A DNA stretch of 64,000 bases from an uncultured Gemmatimonadales bacterium (lineage in GTDB: Bacteria > Gemmatimonadota > Gemmatimonadetes > Longimicrobiales > RSA9): positions 992,001-1,056,000 of the forward strand of contig CAWCRS010000007.1 of the NCBI GenBank assembly GCA_963798085.1. Reading direction: 5' to 3'. The notes under the pieces were generated by a model, which made no database searches, was not told the origin of the DNA, and saw only the letters and a program-made list of their open reading frames with translations. Shown one piece after another: positions 47,334 to 57,440 of this stretch. The first letter of the stretch is position 1. Each line of letters begins with the position of its first letter. Both the position numbers and the translations under genes were made by a program.

Positions 47334-49095
47334 ATGGATCGGATGCAAAGAACCAGGCGCAGTTCGCGCGTGCTCTCCCCGGCACTCGCGTGCCTCATTG
47401 CGCTCGCCGCAGCGATCCCGGCGTCCGCCCAGACCGCGGACCGGTTCGCAGTACTCGTTCCCGCGTTCAAGCCGAAGGGCGAAGCCAAGGGGGGATTCGG
47501 CAAGGACGTGGCGAAGGAGCTGAACAAGCTCCTCGATCAGCTGGGCTCGCACAAGTCCGTCGACGCAAAGGTTCTCGGCGACGGCCTGCGCCAGTACGGC
47601 GTGAAGGAAGACCAGCTCGGTGACCAGGACTGCCTCATCGCGCGCCAGCTCGCATTGCGCATCGATGTGAAGCTCGTCATCTGCGGCCATTACGAGCAGA
47701 CGGCGAACGACTACAAGGTCTACACGCGCGTCATTTCGCCAGGCACTTCCGAACAGTTCGACGTCGATCCCTTCGATGCCGCGGACGCGAAAGTGGCGGC
47801 GCAGAAGATCATCGCCTCCTTCCAGCAGGTGATGGAAGGCCTCAAGGTCGCGGTATTCTGCAACGACTACGTCGCCAGCCAGAACTGGACGAGCGCCATC
47901 GAAGCGTGCCGCAATTCGCTCAAGCTCACGCCGACCAACAAGACCGCCATGCTCGGTCTGGCGACTTCGCTGTGGAAGACCAATGACCAGCCGGGCGCGA
48001 TCGAAGCGTTCAAGAAAGTCATCGACCTCGATCCCGCCGACCAGCAGGCGCTGCTCGGACTCGCGGTGCTGCAGAGCCAGGCAGGGCGCACCGACGAGGC
48101 CATGAAGTACTTCAATGATTACCTCACGCTGAACCCGGGCAACCTCCAGGTTCGCATGCAGATCGCCACGCAGGCCGCACAGGAAGGCGGCAACGAGGCG
48201 GCGCTGCGCGTGATCGAAGACGGCATGTCCAGCACGACGGGCGAAGACCTGGTGAAGCTGCAGGAGTACGCGGGCACGTTCGCCATGAACGCGGCGTCCC
48301 AGAAGATGGTAGGCGCCGCGCTCAGTGACACGGCCCAGGCACTGCTGCGCAAGGGACTGGGCTACCTGGAGAAGGTGTACCAGGTGCGCGGCGACAGCCT
48401 CAGCGTGGGATCGGCCCGCAACATGCTGTTAGCCTATTTCCGCCTCGACCGGAACGATGAGGCCGTCACATTCGGGGGCAAGGCCACACAGCTGTTCCCG
48501 GACGAAACGTCGATCTGGGCAACCTACGCGGAAGCGCTGTCCAAGGCCGGGCGCGGCGACGATGCCATTGCCGCGTATCGCAAGGTGCTGCAGCTGGACC
48601 CCACGTACAAACCGGCCTATCAGCGACTGGTGCTGTGGCTGATCGATGCGGACAGCGTGAAGCCCGGCTCGCTGAAGGAAGGCGTGGAGGTGCTCAAGGA
48701 TGGGCTCGCCAAGGGCGCGATCGACGCCAGTTACGCCGACATCATGGCCAAGAAGATCGCAGCCGCCGGAACCAAGAAATCCGCATTCGAGCCCGGCAGC
48801 CGCCAACGAGCTGTTCGATACGGCGGAACCGTTCGCGAGTGCTCCCGACACCAAGGCCATGCTCGCGTTCTTCCGTGGTACCACACTCTGGCCGTCGGTT
48901 GTGGAAAGGGAAAAGCCCGCAACCAAGGAGAGTGCCACCACCACGTTGCCGTTGTTCCAGCGCATCGCGGATTGGATGCGGCAGGCCGGACCCTATACCC
49001 AGAGTGACGCGCGACTCGAATCGCTGCGCGCACAATTGCTGGACGGCTGCGCGAAGTTCATCGTACGCGAACAGGCCATCCTGAAGAGCCGCTGA
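47334..49095 (+). CDS. Secreted TPR protein with a +1 frameshift near 48793
   Basis: Signal peptide (..AIPASA|Q) and TPRs; the coding-like C-terminus continues in the frame of ORF 48700-49095, which ends just before a terminator. Confidence 0.78.
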
Positions 49096-49121
49096 CGCGG
49101 CGTCAGCCTGACTGAAGCACG

Positions 49122-49152
49122 AGGGGTCGGGAGTTCGCTCCCGGCCCCTTTT
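49122..49152 (+). terminator. Rho-independent terminator
   Basis: GGGGTCGGGAG-TTCG-CTCCCGGCCCC followed by TTTT. Confidence 0.85.
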
Positions 49153-49443
49153 CGTTCCCGCCCTGCCGGACCGGGCACTCCCCCGCCCCGGATCGCTTCT
49201 TCTAACAACAGTGTTAGGGCCGCCGGCGCGGCGCGCGGCGCGCACTGCAGCGGCATCCTGCCCGAGGCGCAGCCATGACGCAACGGACCCAGGCCCGACG
49301 CCAGAGGCGCCGGCGTCCGCTCCGGTTCGGACCCGGGAGCCTCGAGGGACGTCTCTCGGCGGCCTCGAAGGGCCCTTGCCACCATTCGTGGTAGGCCCGG
49401 TGGGGCGTGGCCCCATGCGTTGTGGGCAGTGCTCGCGGGGGCG

Positions 49444-49542
49444 GTGGGGCCGAGTGGGATAACGCTATTGACTGCCCGTGGGTGGAAGGGTAGCTTGGTG
49501 GCGCTTAGTGGGGAATAGTGGGAAAGGGTGGTAGATAGGGGA
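49444..49542 (+). promoter_or_regulatory. dcw promoter with MraZ-binding direct repeats
   Basis: TTGACT (49468-49473), 17 bp, TAGCTT (49491-49496); GTGG(G/T) at 10-bp period at 49508, 49518 and 49528, and also at 49444 and 49454. Confidence 0.8.
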
Positions 49543-49559
49543 GCGGCTGAGGGAGGCGA

Positions 49560-50018
49560 ATGCAGGGCGCTACCGGCCCGTCGCGCGGCGTCAAGTTCCT
49601 GGGCAGTTACCAGCATCAACTGGACGAGAAGGGGCGGATCAGCCTGCCCGCGCAATTCCGGCGTGAGGCGGCGGATCAGCGTTTTGTGCTCGTGCAGCCG
49701 TACCCGCCCGCCCTGGCGTTGTACCCGGAAGTCGAATGGGGTCAGGTGGAGTTGCGCCTCAACGAGATGATGGCCAAGGGTCCGGCGGAGCGATTGTACG
49801 TGCTGTCGGTGTTGTCGAACGCGGTGGAAGTGACGCCCGATGGCCAGGGTCGGATCCTGATTCCCGCCAAGCTGAAGGAGGCAGCCGGACTGAATGGCGG
49901 AGTGCTGCTCGTGGGCGCGATCAACAAAGTCGAGCTGTGGGCGCCGGAGCAGTTCCAGGCAGCCATGACGAGCCAGGCCGGGAAGTTCGATCAGTTCACA
50001 TCGCTGTTGTTCCGTTGA
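49560..50018 (+). CDS. mraZ: Division/cell wall cluster transcriptional repressor MraZ
   Basis: FLGSY...DEKGRISLP and DGQGRILIP repeats; VELW. Confidence 0.95.
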   Translation: MQGATGPSRGVKFLGSYQHQLDEKGRISLPAQFRREAADQRFVLVQPYPPALALYPEVEWGQVELRLNEMMAKGPAERLYVLSVLSNAVEVTPDGQGRILIPAKLKEAAGLNGGVLLVGAINKVELWAPEQFQAAMTSQAGKFDQFTSLLFR

Positions 50019-50941
50019 GTGAGCCGGAATGGTCGTACCATGCGCCGGTGATGGTGGAGGAAGTGCTGGCGCATCTGCGACCGGAGCGGGGCGGGCTCTA
50101 CTTCGATGGCACGGTGGGGGGAGGCGGACACGCAGCGGCTATTCTGAGTCGAGGTGAGGAAGCGCGGGTGATCGGCGTGGACCGGGACGTTGAGGCACTC
50201 GAAGTGGCGGGACGCAACCTGGCGCCCTACGGTGCGCGGGTCGAGCTGGTGCGCGCGGACTTTGCGACGGCAGCGGCCGCGCTGCACGAGCCTCTGGCCG
50301 GTGCACTCCTGGATCTCGGCGTCTCCTCCCGGCAGATCGACGAAACGCGGCGAGGCTTCTCCTTCCGCCGCGGTGCTCCCCTGGACATGCGCATGTCAGC
50401 GACAGGACCGACGGCGGCCGACCTGCTGAACGAATCGAGCGAGCAGGAGCTGGCCGACGTGTTCTACCGCTACGGCGAGGAACGCCGGTCGCGGCGGCTG
50501 GCGGCGGAGGTAGTGCGGCGGCGTCGCGTGGAGCCGTTCGTGAGTGCGGACGACCTGGTTGCCGCCATGCACCGAGCGCTGGGCCCGCGTCTGACGGAGC
50601 GTGACAAGGCCAGGATCTTTCAGGCGCTGCGCATCGCCGTGAACGAGGAGCTCGAGCAGCTGGACCGGGCACTGCCCGTGCTGCGCGCTGCGCTGGCCGC
50701 TGACGGCGTGTTAGCCGTGATCGCGTATCACTCGCTGGAGGATCGTCGCGTCAAGGAGAGCTTCCGCGACTGGAGTCGCGCTTGTGTGTGCCCGCCCGAG
50801 CTGCCCGTTTGTGTCTGCGGCGGCAAGGCGAGCGGCGAGACTCTCACGCGCAGGGCAGTGCGGCCTGCGGCGTCGGAAGTAGCGGCGAATCCGCGGGCGC
50901 GCAGCGCGAAGCTGCGTGCCTGGCGCAGGGTGGCCGCATGA
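50015..50941 (+). CDS. rsmH: 16S rRNA m4C1402 methyltransferase
   Basis: HAPVM, DGTVGGGGH, DLGVSS, RGFSF, PLDMRM, FQALRIAVN, YHSLEDR and NPRARSAKLR. Confidence 0.97.
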   Translation: MSEPEWSYHAPVMVEEVLAHLRPERGGLYFDGTVGGGGHAAAILSRGEEARVIGVDRDVEALEVAGRNLAPYGARVELVRADFATAAAALHEPLAGALLDLGVSSRQIDETRRGFSFRRGAPLDMRMSATGPTAADLLNESSEQELADVFYRYGEERRSRRLAAEVVRRRRVEPFVSADDLVAAMHRALGPRLTERDKARIFQALRIAVNEELEQLDRALPVLRAALAADGVLAVIAYHSLEDRRVKESFRDWSRACVCPPELPVCVCGGKASGETLTRRAVRPAASEVAANPRARSAKLRAWRRVAA

Positions 50942-51312
50942 AGCAGCGCGAGGGCACGCTCCGGGTCGCGCTGGCGTTTGCCGCGCTGATGGGTTCGCTC
51001 ACCACGGTGATCTGGCGCCAGAGCGGCGCACTCGAAGTGCTGCGTGACCTGGATGCGGCCAAGCGCGAGCGTGCCGCGGTGGAATCCGAGCGCAGCCGGT
51101 TGAGCGGTCGCATTCAGCAGCTCGAGAGTCGCGCTCGCATCATGACGGTGACGCAGGCGAACTGGGGTATGCGCGTGCCGTCGTCAGGCGAGGAATTCGT
51201 GCTGCTGCTGCCGCAGTCGGCTGCGGAAGGCGAGAGCCCCAGGGTGCAGCTGCGTTTTGCGCGCGCCGGCATCTTCGGCGGCGTGGCCGAGCTGCTGGGA
51301 GAGGGTCACTGA
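50938..51312 (+). CDS. ftsL: Cell division protein FtsL-like
   Basis: Single TM plus coiled coil; canonical position between rsmH and ftsI. Confidence 0.72.
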   Translation: MKQREGTLRVALAFAALMGSLTTVIWRQSGALEVLRDLDAAKRERAAVESERSRLSGRIQQLESRARIMTVTQANWGMRVPSSGEEFVLLLPQSAAEGESPRVQLRFARAGIFGGVAELLGEGH

Positions 51313-53324
51313 TGCGCGGCCGCCGCCGCAACCCGGCCCGCGACCAGCACGAAAGCCGGCGCCAGCTGGCGCTGCTCGCTCTGCTGGGTCTCACCCTGAT
51401 CGAGCTGGCGCGCGCCTTCCAGGTGGGCGTGCTGCAGCACACGCGCTGGCTGCGTCGCGCCGAAGGGCAGCAGGGCGACACGGTGGCAGTGCCCGCGCCG
51501 CGAGGCACGATCTACGACCGTGACGGTGTGCCGCTGGCCTCGAGCCGTGAGGTGTACATCGTCGCGCTCGCACCGCGCGAGGTGACGGACACACCGCTGG
51601 TGCAGCGCCGTATGCGGCAGGAGCTGGGCCTCGACGCGCAGGAAATCCACGGCTACTTCGCGCGCCCCCGCAACTGGGCGCCGCTGCCCGGCCGCTACGA
51701 GGAGACGACGCGCGCGAAGCTGCAGGGCATCCGCGGTTTCTACACCGAGCCGGTCATGCGACGCTTCTATCCCCACGGTGATCTCGCGGCTGAGCTGCTG
51801 GGCAACGTCAACCTCTACGGTGAAGTAGCGGGCGGGGTCGAGCAGGAGCTGGACTCCATGCTGGCGGGCCGCAATGGCAAGGCGGTGAAGCGCATCGATT
51901 CGCGCGGACGCGCCATTCCTGGCGCCATGCTGCGGGTCACCGAGCCGGTGCCCGGCCAGGATGTCTATCTCACGGTCAATGCCGAGCTGCAGGAAATTGC
52001 CACTGACGCGCTGGTGAATGCGCTGAAGGACACGGGCGCGGATGGCGGCGAGATGCTGATCATCGATCCGCGCACGGGCGAGATCCTGGCGGCGGCCAGC
52101 CGCAGCACTAACAGCACTGTCAGGACGTGGACGGGTGCGACCGCGCCCTACGAGCCCGGGTCCACCATCAAGCCGTTCACAGTGGCCTCGCTGCTGGCGC
52201 AGGGCAGGGCCGCGCTTTCCGACAGCATTTATGCGGAGGAAGGCAGCTATCGCCTGAACGGACGCACCATCACGGACACGCATCCCAACGGCTGGCTGAC
52301 GCTGCGCCAGGCATTCCTCGAGTCATCGAACATCGTGATGGCCAAGGTATCCTCGCGCATGGAGCCGGCGGAGCAGTACCGGCTGCTGCGCGATTTCGGT
52401 TTCGGCGTGCCCACCGGTATCGAGTATCCGTCGGAGTCGGGCGGGCGCCTGCGCAAGCCCAATGACTGGTCGAAGCAGTCGCAGGCGAGTCTCGCGTTCG
52501 GTTACGAGATATCCGTCACGCCACTGCAGCTGGCCATGGCGTACGCGGCGCTGGCGAATGGCGGTGTGCTCATGGAGCCGCTGCTGGTGCGCGAGATCCG
52601 CGCGCGTGATGGCCGCATCTTCCGCTCGGCGGAACCGCACGCACTCCGGCGCGTGGTGCCATCGAGCGTGGCCGCGCAGATGCGTGAGCTGATGGCCGAA
52701 GTGGTGGAAAAGGGTACGGGCAAGAGCGCGTCGCTCGGTTCCTGGCGGGTCGCGGGCAAGACAGGCACCGCCCGTTACTCCGCGGGTGGCCATTACGTGA
52801 GTGGCGCGTACATCGCGACGTTCGCCGGATTCTTTCCGGCCGACGATCCGCAGATCGTCTTCCTGGTGAAGCTGGACCGACCGCGTGGGGATTACTACGC
52901 GTCGCAGACGGCGGCGCCGGTGACGCGCGCCACACTGCAGGCGGCGCTGGCCGCACGCGGCACGCCGCTGGACCGGGCCGCCATCATGCTGGCGGGTCCG
53001 GAAGTGTCCGCGGCAACGACGGCGCGCGGTCCGCGGCTGGTTTCCGCCGCGCGAACCGAGGTGTCAGCCGCAGCGGCCGCGGAGGAGCCCGTCGTGCTGC
53101 ATCCGGATGAGGCGCCGGCGAAGCAGCAGGCGGGTGAGGTAGCGCCCGCGAAGGTGCCGGACGTGGCCGGTGCTTCGCTGCGCAATGCGGTGCGCGCGCT
53201 GCATGTCGCGGGTTTCCGCGTGCGCGTCGAGGGCAGCGGCCGTGTGCGCGGCACCGTTCCCAATGCGGGTGCCGCGGTACGTGCGGGCGGCACGGTTGTC
53301 GTCGTGGCAGGAGGTGCGCAGTGA
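51312..53324 (+). CDS. ftsI: Class B penicillin-binding protein FtsI with a C-terminal PASTA-like domain
   Basis: RGTIYDR, EPGSTIK (SxxK), SSN and GKTGTA. Confidence 0.93.
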   Translation: MRGRRRNPARDQHESRRQLALLALLGLTLIELARAFQVGVLQHTRWLRRAEGQQGDTVAVPAPRGTIYDRDGVPLASSREVYIVALAPREVTDTPLVQRRMRQELGLDAQEIHGYFARPRNWAPLPGRYEETTRAKLQGIRGFYTEPVMRRFYPHGDLAAELLGNVNLYGEVAGGVEQELDSMLAGRNGKAVKRIDSRGRAIPGAMLRVTEPVPGQDVYLTVNAELQEIATDALVNALKDTGADGGEMLIIDPRTGEILAAASRSTNSTVRTWTGATAPYEPGSTIKPFTVASLLAQGRAALSDSIYAEEGSYRLNGRTITDTHPNGWLTLRQAFLESSNIVMAKVSSRMEPAEQYRLLRDFGFGVPTGIEYPSESGGRLRKPNDWSKQSQASLAFGYEISVTPLQLAMAYAALANGGVLMEPLLVREIRARDGRIFRSAEPHALRRVVPSSVAAQMRELMAEVVEKGTGKSASLGSWRVAGKTGTARYSAGGHYVSGAYIATFAGFFPADDPQIVFLVKLDRPRGDYYASQTAAPVTRATLQAALAARGTPLDRAAIMLAGPEVSAATTARGPRLVSAARTEVSAAAAAEEPVVLHPDEAPAKQQAGEVAPAKVPDVAGASLRNAVRALHVAGFRVRVEGSGRVRGTVPNAGAAVRAGGTVVVVAGGAQ

Positions 53325-54808
53325 GCGTGCCCCGCGAGGTCATGCTGCACACAGTGGCCGAGCGGCTGCGTTCGCTGCGTCTGCTGGTTGATGAATCGGG
53401 AGGCGATGCGCGCATCGCAGGCATCACGGACGACAGTCGCGCGGTGGAGTCCGGAGATCTGTTCTGCGCCTGGCAGGGTGTGGCGTTCGATGCGCACCAC
53501 GTCGTGGCGGATGCGGCGCGCGCGGGCGCTGCCGGTGCGCTGGTGGAGCACGCGGTCACGGAAGCAACCGACCTGCCGCAGCTGATCGCACGCGATGGCC
53601 GCCGCGCGGCATCAGTGGCTGCGGCGGTAGTGCTGGGGGATCCGCAGGACGAGCTGCGTGTCGTGGGTGTGACCGGGACGAACGGCAAGACCACATCGGT
53701 CTGGATGCTGCGCCATCTGCTGGCGGGCCGCTATCGCACGGCTTCGCTGGGCACGCTGGGTCTGTATCTCGATGATGGCAGCAAGCTCGAAGGCAGTGAG
53801 CGTCTCACCACGCCCGGACCGGTGGAACTGATCCGTGCGCTGCGCATGCTGGTGGATCGCGGTGTGGAAGCGGTCGCCATGGAAGTGTCGTCGCATGCGC
53901 TCGAGCAGGGCCGCGTGCACGCGCTGGGTTTCAATGTGGCGGTGTTCACCAACCTGACGCGCGATCATCTCGACTATCACGGCACGGAAGAAGCCTACCT
54001 TGCGGCCAAGCTGCTGCAGGTGGACCGGCTGCGGGAGAACGGCGTGGCGGTGATCAATGCACGCGTGCCGGCATGGGCCGGCGTGCGGCAACACGCCCGC
54101 CACGTGCTCAGCTTCGGCATCGACGTGGACGCAGACCTGCGCGCGTCGCACGTGATCGTGAATGGACAGGGCACCCGCTTCGTGTGCAGCCATCGCGGTG
54201 ATGTGGTGCCGGTCGAGCTGCCGCTGCTGGGCGCCTTCAACGTGGAGAACGCGCTGGGCGCGCTGGCCGCCTGTACGGCGCTGGGTCTGGACCTGCGGCA
54301 GAGCGCGCGGCGGCTCGCGGCCGTGCCGCAGGTGCCGGGCCGGCTGGAGCGCATTGGCGTCAAGCCGTGCCCGGTGCTGCGCGATTACGCGCACACCCCC
54401 GACGCGCTGGAGCGCGTACTGCAGGTGCTGCGGCCGCTGACGCGCGGCCGGCTGATCGTGGTGTTCGGTGCGGGCGGCGACCGCGATCCGGGCAAGCGCC
54501 CGCTCATGGGCGCCGTGGCGGCTGCGAACTCCAATGTCAGCATCGTCACTTCCGACAATCCGCGCACCGAGGCGCCGGACGCGATCATCGACCAGATCGT
54601 GGCGGGCATGCCGGAGCACCGCCGGCTGCGCATCACGGACCGGCGCGCCGCCATCGCGCAGGCGCTGGGCATGACGGGACCGGCGGATCTGCTGCTGCTC
54701 GCGGGCAAGGGTCATGAGACGTACCAGGTGCTGGGCACGACGAAGGTGCCGTTCGACGAGCAGCGCATCGTGCAGGAGCTGACGGCGGGTGGTGGAGGTG
54801 GCGCATGA
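53321..54808 (+). CDS. murE: UDP-MurNAc-tripeptide synthetase (meso-DAP type)
   Basis: GTNGKTT, MEVSSH, NLTRDHLDYH, DYAHTPD, DNPR (DAP specificity) and GKGHE. Confidence 0.96.
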   Translation: MSVPREVMLHTVAERLRSLRLLVDESGGDARIAGITDDSRAVESGDLFCAWQGVAFDAHHVVADAARAGAAGALVEHAVTEATDLPQLIARDGRRAASVAAAVVLGDPQDELRVVGVTGTNGKTTSVWMLRHLLAGRYRTASLGTLGLYLDDGSKLEGSERLTTPGPVELIRALRMLVDRGVEAVAMEVSSHALEQGRVHALGFNVAVFTNLTRDHLDYHGTEEAYLAAKLLQVDRLRENGVAVINARVPAWAGVRQHARHVLSFGIDVDADLRASHVIVNGQGTRFVCSHRGDVVPVELPLLGAFNVENALGALAACTALGLDLRQSARRLAAVPQVPGRLERIGVKPCPVLRDYAHTPDALERVLQVLRPLTRGRLIVVFGAGGDRDPGKRPLMGAVAAANSNVSIVTSDNPRTEAPDAIIDQIVAGMPEHRRLRITDRRAAIAQALGMTGPADLLLLAGKGHETYQVLGTTKVPFDEQRIVQELTAGGGGGA

Positions 54809-56322
54809 TCGCCTGGACCAATGCCAACGTGACCGCGGCTCTGGGTCTGGGCAATGCGGCCGGAGGCGAGACGCTTGCGTACACCGGTGTCAGCACGGAC
54901 ACGCGCACGTTGACGCCTGGCAGCCTGTTCGTGGCGCTGCGCGGCGAGAATCACGACGCGCACAATTTCCTGGCTGACGCGGCACAGGCGGGTGCGCGCG
55001 CGGCCATTGTCGAGCGCATCCCGGCAAGCCCGCCCCCGGGCGTGCGCTGGATCGTGGTGCCGGACACTCTGGTGGCGCTGGGCCTGCTGGCGCGCTTCCA
55101 TCGCCGGCGCATGGCGGCGCGCGTCGTCGCCATCGCCGGATCCAACGGCAAGACCACGACCAAGGAGATGATCCGCAGCGTGCTGGCCGTGCGCTACCGC
55201 GTGCACGCGACGCCGGGAAATCTGAACAACCTCGTGGGGGTGCCGCTGACACTGCTGGGCGCGCCCATGGATACGGAAGTCATTGTTGCAGAACTCGGCA
55301 CGAACGTGCCGGGTGAGGTGGGCCGGTTGGCGGGGATCGCGGAGCCGGATGCGGCCGTGATCACCACCGTTTCCGCGGAACACCTCGAAGGTCTGGGCGA
55401 CCTGGACGGCGTCCTGCGCGAGGAGACATCCGTACTGCCGTGGCTGCCACGGCACTCGCCTGCAGTGGTACCGGACGAACCGCCCGTGCTGGAGCTTCGA
55501 GCGCGCGAGCTGGCTGATGATGTGCGAGTAGCGGGTTTCAGCGACCGGGCCGATCCGATCTTCCGGGGTTCTGCACTGTCACTCGACAATGAGGGACGCG
55601 TGCGTTTTCGCTGGGCGGGACGTGACGTGGCGCTCCGTCTGCACGGAAGACACAACGGCCGGAACGCAATGCTCGCGCTGGCACTGGGCCGGCTCTGGGA
55701 TGTGGAGGATCAGGCCGCAGTGATGGCGCTCGGCCGGATCGATCCGCCCAGAATGCGCGCCGAGTTCCATCACTATGGCGCACTGACCGTGATCGTGGAC
55801 TGCTACAACGCGAATCCGGGCAGTGTCACAGCGGCCATCGACCTGCTGGTACACGTGCCGCGACGCGGCGGCCGTGTGGCTGTACTGGGGACAATGCGCG
55901 AGCTGGGTGAACAGACCGCGCGCCTGCATGAGGAAGCGGCGCGCGCCGCAGCGAGTGAGGACATCGATCTGATCGTGGCGACCGGCGAGTTCGCGCAGGC
56001 GTTCCGTGCGCTGCCGGGCGTCGCGGCGGACCGGCTGATCATCGAAGACGACCCGGACAGCGCGTTCGCGCAGATGGCGACGCGCTTGCAGGGAAGCGAA
56101 GTCGTGCTGCTCAAGGCATCGCGCGGCGTACGCATGGAGCGTCTGCTGCCGCGCTTCGAGGAGAAGTGGGGAGTGCTCCACCCGCACGGGGAGGCCTTCG
56201 GGTCGCGGGCGAGCGGTTCGGTCACCGGTGATCGTGGCGACACGGCATCGGCGGAGCACTTCCCATCAGACAGCGAGGGACCGGGGCCGCGGGCGCATCA
56301 CCGCGCCAGCCTGCGGGGGTGA
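54805..56322 (+). CDS. murF: UDP-MurNAc-tripeptide--D-Ala-D-Ala ligase
   Basis: GSNGKTTTK, NLNNLVGVP, DCYNANP, MRELG and KASRG. Confidence 0.95.
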   Translation: MIAWTNANVTAALGLGNAAGGETLAYTGVSTDTRTLTPGSLFVALRGENHDAHNFLADAAQAGARAAIVERIPASPPPGVRWIVVPDTLVALGLLARFHRRRMAARVVAIAGSNGKTTTKEMIRSVLAVRYRVHATPGNLNNLVGVPLTLLGAPMDTEVIVAELGTNVPGEVGRLAGIAEPDAAVITTVSAEHLEGLGDLDGVLREETSVLPWLPRHSPAVVPDEPPVLELRARELADDVRVAGFSDRADPIFRGSALSLDNEGRVRFRWAGRDVALRLHGRHNGRNAMLALALGRLWDVEDQAAVMALGRIDPPRMRAEFHHYGALTVIVDCYNANPGSVTAAIDLLVHVPRRGGRVAVLGTMRELGEQTARLHEEAARAAASEDIDLIVATGEFAQAFRALPGVAADRLIIEDDPDSAFAQMATRLQGSEVVLLKASRGVRMERLLPRFEEKWGVLHPHGEAFGSRASGSVTGDRGDTASAEHFPSDSEGPGPRAHHRASLRG

Positions 56323-56333
56323 GGAAGCCGCCG

Positions 56334-57440
56334 GTGCTCTATCATCTGCTGGCGCCACTGGCGCATCGCAACATCATCTTCAATCTCTTCAACTACATCA
56401 CATTCCGCCTGGCGGGCGGCATGGCGACGGCGATCGTGCTGTCGTTCGTGCTGGGGCCGCCCATCATCCGCAGCCTGCGCCGGCTGCGCGTGGGCCAGGT
56501 GATCCGCGCGGAAGGGCCGCAGTCGCACCTGGGCAAGGCGGGCACGCCCACCATGGGTGGCGTGCTCATCATCAGCTCGGCGGTGATTGCCACGCTGCTG
56601 TGGGCGCAGCTAACCAATCCTTACACGCTCATCGCGCTGGCCGTGCTGGTCTCCCTGGGCGCCATCGGCTTCCTGGACGACTACCTCAAGGTGGTGCGGC
56701 GGCGCACGGAAGGCCTGGTCGGACGCTACAAGCTGTTCGGGCAGTGCCTCGTGGGCGGCGCCATCGGCGTGTACCTGCTGCTGAACCCGATCAGCCCCAT
56801 GCCTACCCACTGGACGGGTCTGCCCCTCTTCTCCGACCTGCACGTCGAGATGTTCGCGCCGCTTTTCGTGCCCTGGGTAATGCTGGTGTTAGCGGGCAGC
56901 TCGAACGCGGTGAACCTGACCGACGGGCTGGACGGACTGGCGGGCGGCCTGGCCGCCATTGCCGCGAGCGCGTTCGGCGTCTTCGCCTACCTGATGGGTC
57001 GTATCAATGCCTCACGCTATCTGGGGCTCTTCTACCTGCCGGGCGCCGGCGAGCTGTCCATCTTCTGCGTGGCGCTCTCCGGCGCCACGCTGGGCTTCCT
57101 CTGGTACAACGCGCACCCCGCCGAGCTGTTCATGGGAGACACCGGCTCGCTGGCGCTGGGCGGCGTGCTGGGTACCGTCGCGATTCTGCTGAAGTCGGAG
57201 TTCCTGCTGCTGATCATTGGCGGCGTGTTCGTCGCGGAAGCGCTTTCCGTGATGCTGCAGGTCAGCTGGTTCAAGTACACACGCCGCCGTTTCGGCGAGG
57301 GCCGGCGCCTGCTGCGCATGGCGCCGCTGCACCACCACTTCGAGAAGTCGGGGTGGCCCGAGAGCAAGATCATTATCCGCTTCTGGATCCTGGGCATTCT
57401 GTGCGCGCTGCTGGGCCTGAGCACGATGAAGATCCGGTGA
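56334..57440 (+). CDS. mraY: Phospho-MurNAc-pentapeptide transferase
   Basis: GTPTMGG, DDYLK, NAVNLTDGLDG, FMGDTGS and APLHHHFE. Confidence 0.97.
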   Translation: MLYHLLAPLAHRNIIFNLFNYITFRLAGGMATAIVLSFVLGPPIIRSLRRLRVGQVIRAEGPQSHLGKAGTPTMGGVLIISSAVIATLLWAQLTNPYTLIALAVLVSLGAIGFLDDYLKVVRRRTEGLVGRYKLFGQCLVGGAIGVYLLLNPISPMPTHWTGLPLFSDLHVEMFAPLFVPWVMLVLAGSSNAVNLTDGLDGLAGGLAAIAASAFGVFAYLMGRINASRYLGLFYLPGAGELSIFCVALSGATLGFLWYNAHPAELFMGDTGSLALGGVLGTVAILLKSEFLLLIIGGVFVAEALSVMLQVSWFKYTRRRFGEGRRLLRMAPLHHHFEKSGWPESKIIIRFWILGILCALLGLSTMKIR

